Below are positions 39,526 through 52,737 of a stretch of DNA of 64,000 bases, one piece after another. Below the pieces are notes generated by a model. That model was not told the origin of the DNA and made no database searches. It worked only from the letters and a program-made list of their open reading frames with translations. How positions within the stretch are numbered: position 1 is the stretch's first letter; each line of letters starts with the position of its first letter. The stretch lies in NCBI GenBank assembly GCA_022561775.1, contig JADFQO010000012.1:1018-65017 (forward strand). Reading direction: 5' to 3'. Both the position numbers and the translations under genes were made by a program. Origin of the DNA: Myxococcales bacterium. GTDB taxonomy: Bacteria > Myxococcota_A > UBA9160 > SMWR01.

Positions 39526-40914
39526 ATGAGCGCTGGGCCCGACGCGCCCGCCCGCGTCGTCGTCGTAGACGACGATCGCCTGATTCGCGAGATGGTGCGG
39601 GACGCCATTGGCGACCGCGCCCGCGTCGAGTGCTGCGACTCGTCAGAGGCGGCCCTCGAGGCCCTGCACCGCGAGCCCGCGGATCTGGTCGTCTCGGATC
39701 TCACCATGCCAGGCCTTTCTGGTATCGAACTCCTCGAAGAGGTCCGGCGCACCTATCCCGCTACCGATTTCATGTTGCTGACGGGCGATGCGACGGTCGA
39801 GAGCGCGGTCGGCGCGTTGCGAATGGGCGCCGCTGATTATCTCACCAAACCGATCAACGGAGACGAACTCGCGCTCGTGGTGGAGCGCATTCTCGCACTG
39901 CGCCGCCTGCTCGCGGAAAACGAAAAGCTGCGGGAAACCCTGCACACGGTGGAGTCCTGCCGGAACCTGATGCGCTGTCTCGAGCCCGCTGAGATCTACA
40001 CGAAAGCGCTTGACCTGCTGCTTCAGCATCTTCCGCGCCAGCGCGGACTCGCTCTCTTTCATCGGCGCTCGATTCCGACCGACGGCATCGCTTTTCGGGG
40101 CTTTTCAGAACTGGAGACGCGAGCTCTTCGCGAGGTTCTGATCGGCGATAAGCCGATCGACATCGCTGCGATTCCGCGCCTCGAAGTCCTCACCGAAGGG
40201 CAACTTCACAATATCCTACGCGATGTCGGAATCGAGTGCGGAACAGTCACTGTGATTCCGATGAGCGGGAACGACGAGGAGATCGGCGTCTTGTGGTTGT
40301 TCGAAGACGGTCGACCCTTCGGGCCCGCAGAGCTCGATCGCGCGAAGCTGATCGCCGGACACGCCGAACTCGCTCTTCGCAATGCTGAGCGATACAACGA
40401 GGCGAAGGATCGAGCGTTCATCGACGATGTGACGGAGATCTACAACGTGCGTTACCTGCTGCAGACCACAGACCGCGAGATTCACCGCGCCGAGCGCTAT
40501 GGCAATCCACTGACGGTCTTGTTTCTCGATATCGACCGCTTCAAACTGGTGAACGATCAGTACGGGCATCTCGTCGGCTCGCGCGCACTTCGCAGGCTCA
40601 GCGAAGTGCTCTTGACTTGCATCCGCCAGATCGACACCCTGGCGCGTTATGGTGGCGACGAATTCACCATCCTGCTCCCCGATACGCCGCACGATGCCGC
40701 TTTCGAAATCGCTGAACGCATTCGCAAACTGGTGGAGCAGACGTTGTTCGAAGCGGGCCGGGACACGCCATTTCATCTGAGCATCAGCATCGGCGTCGGG
40801 ACGTTTCCGCAGCACGGCCGGGACAGGACCAGCTTGCTCGACGTCGCCGACAAGGCGATGTACCGCGCCAAATCGCTCGGTCGAAATTGCGTCTGCTCCG
40901 CGGCGGATCTCTGA
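39526..40914 (+). CDS. response regulator-diguanylate cyclase (receiver + GAF-like linker + GGDEF)
   Basis: Receiver domain (VVVVDDD..DLVVSDLTMPGLSG..DYLTKP). GGDEF domain (NVRYLL..., LFLDIDRFKLVNDQYGH, RYGGDEFTILL). Confidence 0.88.
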   Translation: MSAGPDAPARVVVVDDDRLIREMVRDAIGDRARVECCDSSEAALEALHREPADLVVSDLTMPGLSGIELLEEVRRTYPATDFMLLTGDATVESAVGALRMGAADYLTKPINGDELALVVERILALRRLLAENEKLRETLHTVESCRNLMRCLEPAEIYTKALDLLLQHLPRQRGLALFHRRSIPTDGIAFRGFSELETRALREVLIGDKPIDIAAIPRLEVLTEGQLHNILRDVGIECGTVTVIPMSGNDEEIGVLWLFEDGRPFGPAELDRAKLIAGHAELALRNAERYNEAKDRAFIDDVTEIYNVRYLLQTTDREIHRAERYGNPLTVLFLDIDRFKLVNDQYGHLVGSRALRRLSEVLLTCIRQIDTLARYGGDEFTILLPDTPHDAAFEIAERIRKLVEQTLFEAGRDTPFHLSISIGVGTFPQHGRDRTSLLDVADKAMYRAKSLGRNCVCSAADL

Positions 40915-41028
40915 GCCCGAAATCCGCCTCGGGGCCGGCGGTCCATTGGCAATTCACGCCCCGCTCTGCTAACCAAGTCCGCGATTTCACTCGCCTTTTC
41001 TATTGAATCGAGAGCCTCGAGGAGCGCG

Positions 41029-42846
41029 GTGACGCGAGCGAGTTCCGAACTCGACGGGATGGGGACCCTGCGCCGCAGCCACGCGTGCGGAGCGGTGAGC
41101 GCTGCCGATGTGGGCAGCGAGGTCGTCGTCGCGGGCTGGGTACAGCGCCGGCGTGACCACGGCGGTGTGATCTTCGTCGACCTCCGCGACCACCAGGGCC
41201 TCGTTCAAGTCGTGTTCCGACCCGAAGAGTCGGCCGAGAGCCACGAACGGGCTGGAGAGTTCCGCTCCGAGTACGTGATCCTCGCGCGCGGGACCGTTCA
41301 GCGGCGGACTCCGGACACCGTCAACCCCAAGATGGCTACCGGCGAGATCGAAGTGGTCGCCCAGGAGGTGCGCCTGCTCAATCGCGCGACACCACCGCCT
41401 TTTCCGTTGGAGGACAATCCCGGCGTCGATGAGTCGACCCGGATGCGGTATCGGATCCACGATCTCCGCAGGTCGCCGCTGCAGCGAAACCTGCGCATCC
41501 GCCACGAGCTCTACCAGGTAGCCCGCCGGATTCTCTGCGAACAGAACTTTCTCGAGATCGAAACGCCGATGCTCACGAAGTCGACCCCTGAAGGAGCCCG
41601 CGACTTCCTGGTTCCCAGTCGGCTCCAGCCCGGTGAGTTCTACGCCCTCCCACAATCCCCGCAACTCATGAAGCAGCTCCTGATGGTTGCCGGCCTCGAC
41701 CGCTACTTCCAGATCGTCCGCTGCTTCCGCGACGAGGATCAACGCGCCGACCGACAGCTCGAATTCACCCAGATCGATCTCGAGATGTCTTTTGTGGGCG
41801 TCGAAGACGTGCTCGGCGTCCTCGAGAAACTCACTGCGGGTGTTTTCGAGCAGGTGATCGGAGTCGAAATTCGGCGGCCCTTTTTGCGGATCTCCTATGC
41901 GGATGCGATGGCGCGTTTTGGATCCGACAGTCCCGACACCCGGATCCAGCTCGAACTCGTCGACCTGAGCGAAGCCTTTCGGGAGAGCGATTTCCGGGCA
42001 TTCCGCTCCGTGATCGACGCCGGCGGCATTGTGAAATGCCTGCCGATCCACGACGCCCAGGAGCTGGGTCGCGGGGCGGTGGATCGCCTCGAAAAATTCG
42101 TCAAAAAAGAGTTGGGCGCGAAGGGCCTCGCCTGGATCCGCGTCGCTGAAGACGGTTCCTGGCAGTCTCCGATCGTGAAATTCTTCTCCGATGCGGAACG
42201 CGCGACGATTGAGCAGCGAACCGCCGCTCGGCCGGGATCACTGCTTTTCTTTCAGGCCGATCAAGCGGCCCGCGCCAACGCGGTGCTCTCCCGCCTCCGC
42301 ACGGATCTCGGACGCCAGCTGGGGCGAGTGGATGAACGACCCTGGGACGTGCTCTTCGTCGTCGACTTTCCGATCTTTCGGCGAGACGATGACGGTGAGC
42401 TCACCTACGTCCACCAACCCTTCGTCGCGCCGATCGATGAGGACATTCCGCTGCTCGCAACGGCGCCCGAGCGGGTGCGTGGGACGCACTACGACGTGGT
42501 CGTCAATGGCGTCGAGCTGGGCTCGGGCAGTCTCCGCAATCATCGCGCGGATGTCCAGCGGCGCATTCTCGAGATCATCGGGTATTCGAAACAGGCGGCC
42601 GAGGCGCGGTTTGGCTTCCTGCTCAACGCCCTCGACGCGGGTGCACCGCCCCACGGAGGTTTCGCATATGGGCTGGATCGGTGGGTCATGGTGTTGGCGG
42701 GTGTCGACAACCTGCGCGAGGTGATCGCATTTCCGAAGACCCAACGCGGTCAGGATCTGCTGATGGACGCACCAACGGTGGTCGATCAGGAACAGCTCGA
42801 CGAACTCCAGCTTCGCCTCGCTCCACCCCCGAAGCGGGGCGGATGA
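41029..42846 (+). CDS. aspS: aspartate--tRNA ligase
   Basis: [72 protein letters not shown] start after GAGGAG; the ATG at 41059 is an alternative. Confidence 0.95.
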   Translation: MTRASSELDGMGTLRRSHACGAVSAADVGSEVVVAGWVQRRRDHGGVIFVDLRDHQGLVQVVFRPEESAESHERAGEFRSEYVILARGTVQRRTPDTVNPKMATGEIEVVAQEVRLLNRATPPPFPLEDNPGVDESTRMRYRIHDLRRSPLQRNLRIRHELYQVARRILCEQNFLEIETPMLTKSTPEGARDFLVPSRLQPGEFYALPQSPQLMKQLLMVAGLDRYFQIVRCFRDEDQRADRQLEFTQIDLEMSFVGVEDVLGVLEKLTAGVFEQVIGVEIRRPFLRISYADAMARFGSDSPDTRIQLELVDLSEAFRESDFRAFRSVIDAGGIVKCLPIHDAQELGRGAVDRLEKFVKKELGAKGLAWIRVAEDGSWQSPIVKFFSDAERATIEQRTAARPGSLLFFQADQAARANAVLSRLRTDLGRQLGRVDERPWDVLFVVDFPIFRRDDDGELTYVHQPFVAPIDEDIPLLATAPERVRGTHYDVVVNGVELGSGSLRNHRADVQRRILEIIGYSKQAAEARFGFLLNALDAGAPPHGGFAYGLDRWVMVLAGVDNLREVIAFPKTQRGQDLLMDAPTVVDQEQLDELQLRLAPPPKRGG

Positions 42847-42922
42847 AATCAACGACCGATCGCTTCGCCCCTCGCTGTCTGGGATGGCGAGTTCACCAAG
42901 GATTCCTTATATCGCTTTCGCC

Positions 42923-46327
<3,405 letters not shown>

Positions 46328-46329
46328 CG

Positions 46330-47208
46330 GTGTCGATTCTCTGCGACAAGTCAACCAAGCTTCTCGTCCAGGGCCTCGGTCGGATGGGCCGCCTTCACGC
46401 CAAGCTCTCGATCGAATACGGAACCCAGGTGGTCGGAGGCGTTGCGCCCGGCAAGGGCGGACAGCTGATCGACGGGATTCCCGTCTTCGACACCGTACGC
46501 GAAGCGGTAGAGGACACCCGAGCCAATGCGTCGGTGATCTTCGTTCCGCCGGCCGGAGCGGCGGACGCCGTGCTCGAAGCCGCGGATGCGGGGCTCGACC
46601 TGGTGGCCTGCATCACCGAGGGAATTCCCGCGCTCGACATGCTGCGCGCCAAGCGGGCGCTCGCGGGATCTCCGATGCGACTGATCGGCCCGAACTGCCC
46701 CGGTGTGGTCACACCCGAGCAGTGCAGGATTGGCATCATGCCCGCCCAGATCACGCGGCCGGGCCCGGTCGGAGTGGTATCGCGCTCGGGGACGCTCACC
46801 TATGAGGCCGTGGATCAACTCTCGCGGCTCGGCATCGGTCAGACGACCTGCCTCGGAATTGGCGGCGATCCGATCATCGGAACGACCTTCATCGACGCCC
46901 TTGGATTGTTCGAAGAGGATCCCGCAACCAAGGCCATCGTGATGATCGGTGAGATCGGCGGCTCCGCTGAGGAAGAGGCCGCCGAGTTCATCAAGGGACA
47001 CATGCAGACGCCCGTCGTCGCTTTCATCGCGGGGCAGAACGCGCCGGCCGGAAAGCGAATGGGCCACGCGGGCGCGATCATCGCGGGCGGCAAGGGGCGG
47101 GCCAGCGACAAGATGGCCGCGCTGGAGGCCGCCGGGGTGGTGGTTTCGCGCTCGCCCGCTGAGATCGGATCCACGCTCGCTGAGAGCGTTCCGGGATTGA
47201 GCCGCTAG
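46330..47208 (+). CDS. sucD: succinate--CoA ligase subunit alpha
   Basis: [37 protein letters not shown] start. The TAG stop lies inside GCTAGC of the downstream repeat element. Confidence 0.95.
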   Translation: MSILCDKSTKLLVQGLGRMGRLHAKLSIEYGTQVVGGVAPGKGGQLIDGIPVFDTVREAVEDTRANASVIFVPPAGAADAVLEAADAGLDLVACITEGIPALDMLRAKRALAGSPMRLIGPNCPGVVTPEQCRIGIMPAQITRPGPVGVVSRSGTLTYEAVDQLSRLGIGQTTCLGIGGDPIIGTTFIDALGLFEEDPATKAIVMIGEIGGSAEEEAAEFIKGHMQTPVVAFIAGQNAPAGKRMGHAGAIIAGGKGRASDKMAALEAAGVVVSRSPAEIGSTLAESVPGLSR

Positions 47209-47300
47209 CTGGCGAATCCTGCGGATTCGCTTGCGGCGTCACGCGATCCCATTTTGGGATCGCGCTCCTGGCTGGCGAATCCTGCGGATTCGCTTGCGGG
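47204..47300 (+). repeat. composite multi-hairpin element, copy A (GCTAGC head, hairpin, variable hairpin, repeated hairpin)
   Basis: A 28-nt perfect direct repeat CTGGCGAATCCTGCGGATTCGCTTGCGG sits at 47209-47236 and 47272-47299, each an 8-bp stem GCGAATCC/GGATTCGC. The central hairpin is CGCGATCCC-ATTTT-GGGATCGCG (47242-47264). The same architecture occurs inverted at 53872-53968. Confidence 0.85.
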
Positions 47301-47351
47301 GTCGGGACCTGTTGGTCCCGTCTAGCGCGCGCGGGCGAAGGTTGCAGAAGA

Positions 47352-49028
47352 ATGCGTCCGAAGCGGCCCATGGCCTCTGGCCCGCCGCTCAGGCATCCTA
47401 GGATGTCTGGCCACCCGGGAGACTGTGCTGTGCGCGCGCTCGTTCACGAATTGACGCTCCTCCAGGAGCGAGACGGTTGGCTGAGCAAGGCCGAGCTGAA
47501 GGCGCTCGCCAAGCGGCTGAACCTGCCGCTGCACCGGCTCGAGAGCGTCTCGACCTTCTACACGCACTTTCGGCGCACGCCCCCAAAGCGCGTCGAGGTG
47601 GCGGTGTGTCGCGACCTGTCGTGTGCGATGGCCCGGGGCGGCGAAGCGGCCGAGCGGCTGCGCGCCGCGCTGTCGGGACGCGACGACGTGGAGATCCGCG
47701 AAATTTCCTGCATCGGTCGCTGTGACCGCGCACCTGCGGCCTTCGTCGGCCACGACGTCGTCTCAACGACCGATACGGACGAAGTCGTCGCGATCGTCGA
47801 CGGGCGGAGTGTGGATCCGGAAGTTCGATCGACCCCGAACTGGGGTGAAGCCGAAGTCTATCGGGATCCCGCAGATCGCTACGGGGCGCTGCGGGCGGCG
47901 CTCGGCGGAGATCGGTCTGCGCTCTCTGAAACCCTCGAAGCTTCGGGCTTGCGGGGCATGGGCGGCGCCGGATTTCCCACCGGAAAGAAGTGGTCGTTGG
48001 TGGCGGTCGAACCCGCGACGCCCAAGTACGTCATCTGCAACGCCGACGAGAGCGAGCCCGGCACCTTCAAGGACCGGGAGGTGCTTCGCGATCTCTCGCA
48101 TCTGATGATCGAGGGGATGGCGCTCGCCGCCTATTGTGTCGGCGCCGAGCGCGGTTGGGTCTTCATCCGGCACGAATACGAGCCCGAGCGCGTGGCGTTG
48201 CAGGCCGCGATCGATGCCGCCTACGCGGCGGGTGCACTCGGGAAGAACATCTTCGGCAGCGATTGCAGCTTCGAGCTGGAGGTGTTCGTTTCGCCCGGGG
48301 GCTACATCCTCGGCGAAGAGACGGCGCTGCTCGAGTGCATGGAGGACCGTCGCGGAGAGCCGCGCAACAAGCCACCCTTTCCGGGTGTAGAGGGACTCTT
48401 CAACCAGCCGACGCTGATCAACAACGTCGAGACCTTCGCGCACGCCACGGGCATCCTGCGCCATGGCGTCGACTGGTGGCGTTCGCTCGGCGAGTCGGAT
48501 CACGCGGGGCACAAATTCATCAGCGTCAGCGGCGATGTGGAGCGGCCGGGCGTGGTGCTGATTCCGATGGGGGCGACCCTCGGTACGCTCCTGGAGCGCT
48601 GCGGGGGGATGCGCGACGGACAGCGGCTGATCGCGATCGCACCCGGTGGCGCGTCGAGCAATTTCTTGCCGCCGGATCAACTCGATGTAGCCATCGATTT
48701 CGGTACGCTGGAAGCCGCTGGCTCGATGCTCGGTTCGGGCGCTGCGGTGTTCGTCGGGGAATCCAACGATCTGCTCGAGGCGGGGCGCGGCATCACGCGC
48801 TTTTTCCGCAATGAATCTTGCGGCAAGTGCGTGCCCTGCCGGGTCGGCACCGAAAAGGCGGTCAAGATGCTGGAGGTCGCCGCCGACGTCTCCGACCACC
48901 AGCGGAGAGAACTCGAAGAACTCCACGCGACGCTCGCTCGCACGAGCATCTGCGGTCTGGGGCAGGTCGCATTGGGACCGCTGCTTTCGATCCTGAAGAA
49001 TTTTCCGGCTGCGAGCCATCAGAGCTGA
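47352..49028 (+). CDS. NAD-dependent formate dehydrogenase beta-like subunit (NuoE-like + NuoF-like fusion)
   Basis: Thioredoxin-like 2Fe-2S part (VAVCRDLSCAM...ISCIGRCDRAP). NuoF part (GLRGMGGAGFPTGKKW, ICNADESEPGTFKDR, ESCGKCVPCRVGT, SICGLG). The start is uncertain (47352, 47370 or 47403). Confidence 0.88.
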   Translation: MRPKRPMASGPPLRHPRMSGHPGDCAVRALVHELTLLQERDGWLSKAELKALAKRLNLPLHRLESVSTFYTHFRRTPPKRVEVAVCRDLSCAMARGGEAAERLRAALSGRDDVEIREISCIGRCDRAPAAFVGHDVVSTTDTDEVVAIVDGRSVDPEVRSTPNWGEAEVYRDPADRYGALRAALGGDRSALSETLEASGLRGMGGAGFPTGKKWSLVAVEPATPKYVICNADESEPGTFKDREVLRDLSHLMIEGMALAAYCVGAERGWVFIRHEYEPERVALQAAIDAAYAAGALGKNIFGSDCSFELEVFVSPGGYILGEETALLECMEDRRGEPRNKPPFPGVEGLFNQPTLINNVETFAHATGILRHGVDWWRSLGESDHAGHKFISVSGDVERPGVVLIPMGATLGTLLERCGGMRDGQRLIAIAPGGASSNFLPPDQLDVAIDFGTLEAAGSMLGSGAAVFVGESNDLLEAGRGITRFFRNESCGKCVPCRVGTEKAVKMLEVAADVSDHQRRELEELHATLARTSICGLGQVALGPLLSILKNFPAASHQS

Positions 49029-49031
49029 CGC

Positions 49032-49847
49032 ATGGACGCGGCTGGGATCATTTTGTGCGGCGGGCAGTCCTCTCGCATGGGCCGCGACAAAGCCTGGCTT
49101 CCGTGGTGCGGGCAGCCGATGATCGCTCACGTCGTGTCGATTCTGCGCCCGATCGTCGACGAGGTCGTGGTGGTCGCCTCCGAAGCGCTCGAGCTGCCGC
49201 CCCTGGAGGCTCGCGTGATTCGCGACCGCGAACCCGCGCTGGGCCCGCTGGCGGGCATTCGCGAGGGACTCGAGCAGATCCGCGCCGGATTCGCGTTCGT
49301 GACGGGAACGGATGCCCCGTTCCTGTCGCCGGCCTTTGTGACGGCGCTGCTCTCCTACGGATGTGCGGCCGCACCCGAAGTCGACGGACACGTCCAGACC
49401 CTGGCCGCCGTGTATCCGCGCAACGCGTTGGATCAGATCGGCGCGATGCTCGCGGAGCAGCGCGCCCGCCCGCTGCGGCTTCTCGAGGAACTCGGTTATC
49501 GAAAAGTCTCCGCAGAGGAATTGCCCGATCCGCAGTCCGTGCGCGGCTTCAATACACCCGATGAATACCTCAAAGCCGTTCGAGAATCCGAGGGCCGGGC
49601 GACCGCGATGCTCGAGTTTCAGGGGCGGGCTCGGATGGCGGTGGGACGCAGCGAGATCGAGGTTCCGATCGGCACGCTCGGCGACGTCCTCGCGCCCTTC
49701 CAAGCCTCGATCGGAATCCTAGCAGGGGATTTCGTCGCAAAACCCTTTTCGATCTCGTTGAACGGACACGGACTGGCCCGCAGTGCGGCAATTCCCGTCG
49801 GGCCCGGCGAGCGCATCTGCGTCCTCGACGCGGCGGCTGGGCGTTGA
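49032..49847 (+). CDS. mobA: molybdenum cofactor guanylyltransferase (MobA) with a ~80-aa MoaD/ThiS-like C-terminal extension
   Basis: AGIILCGGQSSRMGRDKAWLPW, PLAGI, VTGTDAPFL (MobA). The tail MLEFQGRARMAVGRSEIEVPIGTLGDVL...ISLNGHGL....IPVGPGERICVLDAAAGR resembles a beta-grasp sulfur carrier but ends AGR rather than GG. Confidence 0.75.
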   Translation: MDAAGIILCGGQSSRMGRDKAWLPWCGQPMIAHVVSILRPIVDEVVVVASEALELPPLEARVIRDREPALGPLAGIREGLEQIRAGFAFVTGTDAPFLSPAFVTALLSYGCAAAPEVDGHVQTLAAVYPRNALDQIGAMLAEQRARPLRLLEELGYRKVSAEELPDPQSVRGFNTPDEYLKAVRESEGRATAMLEFQGRARMAVGRSEIEVPIGTLGDVLAPFQASIGILAGDFVAKPFSISLNGHGLARSAAIPVGPGERICVLDAAAGR

Positions 49848-49926
49848 TGGCGATCGGGCGGCCAAGCGGCTGTTTTCAGCGCTACAATCGGTCCGATTCC
49901 AGGGCCCCGAAGGGTAGGACGGAAAC

Positions 49927-52737
49927 ATGATCAAGCTCACGATCGATGGCGTCGCGGTCGAGGTAGCCGAGGGTACCACCATCTGGGAGGCCTCCCGATC
50001 TGCGGGAATCGAGATTCCGGTGCTCTGCCACGAACCGCGCATGAAACCCGTGGGCGTCTGCCGGATGTGTGTCGTCGATGTCGGCGCGCGGACGCTGGCG
50101 GCGTCCTGCGTGCGCCCCTGCGAACCCGGAATGGAGGTGCGGACCGCGACGGCGGAGGTCGAATCCCACCGCAAGACGCTGACCGAACTGCTGCTCTGCG
50201 ATCAGCCGCCGCTCGAGCGGGATCCGAAGGAAACGACAGTCGGCGGAAACGATCTGCTCGCGTTGGCGGCCCGCTACGAAGCGCGCCGAGACCGATTTCC
50301 GTCGGGAAACGGTCGGCCCGTGGACTCGAGCTCGTCCGTGATCGCCGTCGACCACCAGGCGTGCATTCTCTGCGATCGCTGCATTCGCGCCTGCGACGAC
50401 CTACAGAACAACGAGGTGATCGGCCGCACCGGCAAGGGCTACGAGGCTCGCATCGCGTTCGACCTCGACCTGCCGATGGGTGAGAGCAGCTGCGTTTCCT
50501 GCGGCGAGTGCGTGGCCTCGTGTCCGACCGGCGCGCTCGTCGATTCGCCGGTATCGGCGCCGCTGCGGCCGCGGGCGGATCTCACCCCCGTCAAGAGCGT
50601 CTGCCCCTACTGCGGGGTGGGCTGCGCAATCACCTACCACGTGGATCAAAAGCGCAACGAGATCGTTTTCGCCGAAGGTCGCGAGAGCCCCGGCAATCAA
50701 GCGCGGCTCTGCGTGAAGGGGCGTTACGGCTGGGACTACGTGCAGCACGCGCAGCGCCTGACGGTTCCGCTGATTCGACGAGACGACCACTACCCGAAGG
50801 GCGCGATCTCTCGAGACGTGAGCGGCGACCACGACGGTCGGCGTAAGCCCGGCGGACTCGTCGATTACGCCGAGGTGCTCCCCGCGTTTCGGGAGGCGAC
50901 CTGGGAAGAGGCGCTCGACCTCGTCGCGAGCCGGCTGTCCGGCATTCGAGACACCCACGGCTCGGATGCCCTCGCCGGTTTTGGTAGCGCCAAATGTTCC
51001 AACGAAGAGGCCTACCTGTTCCAGAAACTGGTCCGCACGGCCTTCGGGACGAACAACGTCGATCACTGCACGCGGCTCTGTCATGCCTCGAGCGTGAACG
51101 CTCTGCTCGAGGGAATCGGAAGCGGCGCAGTGACCACGACCTACGCGGATATCGCCAACGCCGAAGCGGCCCTGATCGCGGGCTCCAATACCACCAACAA
51201 TCATCCGGTCGCCGCCACCTTCTTCAAGGAGGCGAGCAAGCGCGGTACGAAGCTCATTGTGGTGGACCCTCGTCGGGCTGACATCGCCGACCACGCCGAA
51301 ATTTACTGCCGCATCAAACCAGGTACCGATGTGGCCTTCTACAACGCGGTGATGCACGTCATCATCGAAGAGGACCTCGTCGATCGCGCCTACGTGGAGA
51401 AGCATACGGAGAACTACGAGGCGCTGCGTAAAATGGTCGCGAAGTATCCGCCCGAGCAGGTCTCCAAGATCTGCGGAATTCCCGCGGATATGATTCGCGA
51501 GGTCGCGATCACATTCGCAAAGGCGCGCTCCGCGATCATCTTCTGGGGAATGGGAATCTCCCAGCACGTCCACGGCACCGACAACGCGCGCTGCCTGATC
51601 GCGCTCGCTCTGCTGACGGGCAACATCGGCAGGTCCGGTACGGGGCTGCATCCGCTGCGGGGCCAGAACAACGTACAGGGGGCGAGTGACGCGGGGCTGA
51701 TTCCGATGGTCTACCCCGACTACCAGTCCGTCGAGGATCCGGAGATTCGCGAGAAATTCGAGCGTGCCTGGGGGAAAGCGCTTTCGCCCAAACGCGGACT
51801 GACCGTCGTGGAGATTACGAAGGGGGCCCTGGAGGGTTCGATCCGGGGCATGTACATCATGGGCGAGAATCCGTTCCTTTCGGATCCGAATGCCAACAAG
51901 GTCCGCAAGGCGCTCACGAACCTCGACTTTCTGGTCGTGCAGGACATTTTCCTCACAGAGACCGCCGAATTCGCAGACGTCATCCTTCCGGCGAGTGCCT
52001 TCTTTGAGAAGGAAGGCACCTATACGAATACGGACCGCCGGGTGCAGATCGGGCGGCCGGCACTGAAGCCGCCGGGCCAGGCGCGGATGGACTGGGAGAT
52101 CGTTTGCGAGATATCGACTCGAATGGGCTACCCGATGAATTATCGCTCGACCGAGGAGATCTTCGAGGAGTTTGTGGGCCTGACGTCATCCTATGCGACG
52201 CTCCGACACAGCAATCTCGGAACGACCGGCAAACTCTGGCCGAATCCGGACCCCGAGCATCAAGACGGGCCCGTGGTCCTCTTCGGCGACGGGTTCCCGA
52301 CGCCCAACGGCAGGGCGAAGTTCGTTCCCGCGGAGTGGTCGGCTGGGCAAGAGCTCCCCGACGATGAGTACCCGCTCGTGCTGAACACCGGCCGGCTGCT
52401 CGAGCACTGGCACACGGGCTCGATGACCCGCCGCGCGAAGGTGCTCGATGCGATCGAACCCGAAGCCTTCGTTGGGATTCATCCCGACGACGCTCGAGCA
52501 CTCGGCGTCGACGACGGCGATCGCGTTCGCGTTACCAGCCCCCGTGGCAGCATCGCGCTGCGCGCACGCGTCGCCGACCGCGAGTACAAGGGCGCCGTGT
52601 TCATTCCGTTTCACTTCCGCGAGGCTTCGGCGAACCTGCTCACGAGCGACGCGCTCGATCCGGAGGGGAAGATTCCCGGGTTCAAGTTCTGTGCGGTTCG
52701 CGTGGAGCGATTGAGTGCCGACGCGCCTTCGAGTTGA
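49927..52737 (+). CDS. fdhA: formate dehydrogenase alpha subunit (NuoG-like N-terminus + molybdopterin oxidoreductase), Cys type
   Basis: MIKLTIDGV..EG.TI......GIEIP.LCH.....VGVCRMCVV, CILCDRCIRAC, CVSCGECVASCPTGAL, CPYCGVGC, HCTRLCHASSV (Cys, no in-frame TGA). C-terminal molydop-binding domain. Confidence 0.92.
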   Translation: MIKLTIDGVAVEVAEGTTIWEASRSAGIEIPVLCHEPRMKPVGVCRMCVVDVGARTLAASCVRPCEPGMEVRTATAEVESHRKTLTELLLCDQPPLERDPKETTVGGNDLLALAARYEARRDRFPSGNGRPVDSSSSVIAVDHQACILCDRCIRACDDLQNNEVIGRTGKGYEARIAFDLDLPMGESSCVSCGECVASCPTGALVDSPVSAPLRPRADLTPVKSVCPYCGVGCAITYHVDQKRNEIVFAEGRESPGNQARLCVKGRYGWDYVQHAQRLTVPLIRRDDHYPKGAISRDVSGDHDGRRKPGGLVDYAEVLPAFREATWEEALDLVASRLSGIRDTHGSDALAGFGSAKCSNEEAYLFQKLVRTAFGTNNVDHCTRLCHASSVNALLEGIGSGAVTTTYADIANAEAALIAGSNTTNNHPVAATFFKEASKRGTKLIVVDPRRADIADHAEIYCRIKPGTDVAFYNAVMHVIIEEDLVDRAYVEKHTENYEALRKMVAKYPPEQVSKICGIPADMIREVAITFAKARSAIIFWGMGISQHVHGTDNARCLIALALLTGNIGRSGTGLHPLRGQNNVQGASDAGLIPMVYPDYQSVEDPEIREKFERAWGKALSPKRGLTVVEITKGALEGSIRGMYIMGENPFLSDPNANKVRKALTNLDFLVVQDIFLTETAEFADVILPASAFFEKEGTYTNTDRRVQIGRPALKPPGQARMDWEIVCEISTRMGYPMNYRSTEEIFEEFVGLTSSYATLRHSNLGTTGKLWPNPDPEHQDGPVVLFGDGFPTPNGRAKFVPAEWSAGQELPDDEYPLVLNTGRLLEHWHTGSMTRRAKVLDAIEPEAFVGIHPDDARALGVDDGDRVRVTSPRGSIALRARVADREYKGAVFIPFHFREASANLLTSDALDPEGKIPGFKFCAVRVERLSADAPSS

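Noticed and set aside
40987-42051. 354-aa minus-strand ORF
   Set aside because: It is antisense to aspS, whose class II synthetase motifs are clear on the plus strand.
47209-47299. Two identical 28-nt palindromic repeats considered as a mini CRISPR array
   Set aside because: There are only two repeats separated by a 35-nt spacer that is itself a hairpin. There are no cas genes, and the same unit occurs as a composite element elsewhere. It is a REP-like or structured element, not CRISPR.
47209-47351. Moco riboswitch expected upstream of the formate dehydrogenase and mobA genes (the 49848-49926 gap was also checked)
   Set aside because: I could not find the conserved Moco-motif blocks or a plausible multi-stem fold beyond the repeat hairpins. 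The 49848-49926 gap is too short.
47763-49703. 646-aa ORF on the minus strand
   Set aside because: It is antisense to the NuoE/NuoF-like FDH subunit and mobA. The composition is Arg-rich and motif-free, while the plus-strand genes have clear cofactor-binding motifs.
49927-52737. Possible selenocysteine (in-frame TGA) in FdhA
   Set aside because: The ORF is uninterrupted and the active-site position reads RLCHASS with Cys. This is a Cys-type enzyme with no recoding.
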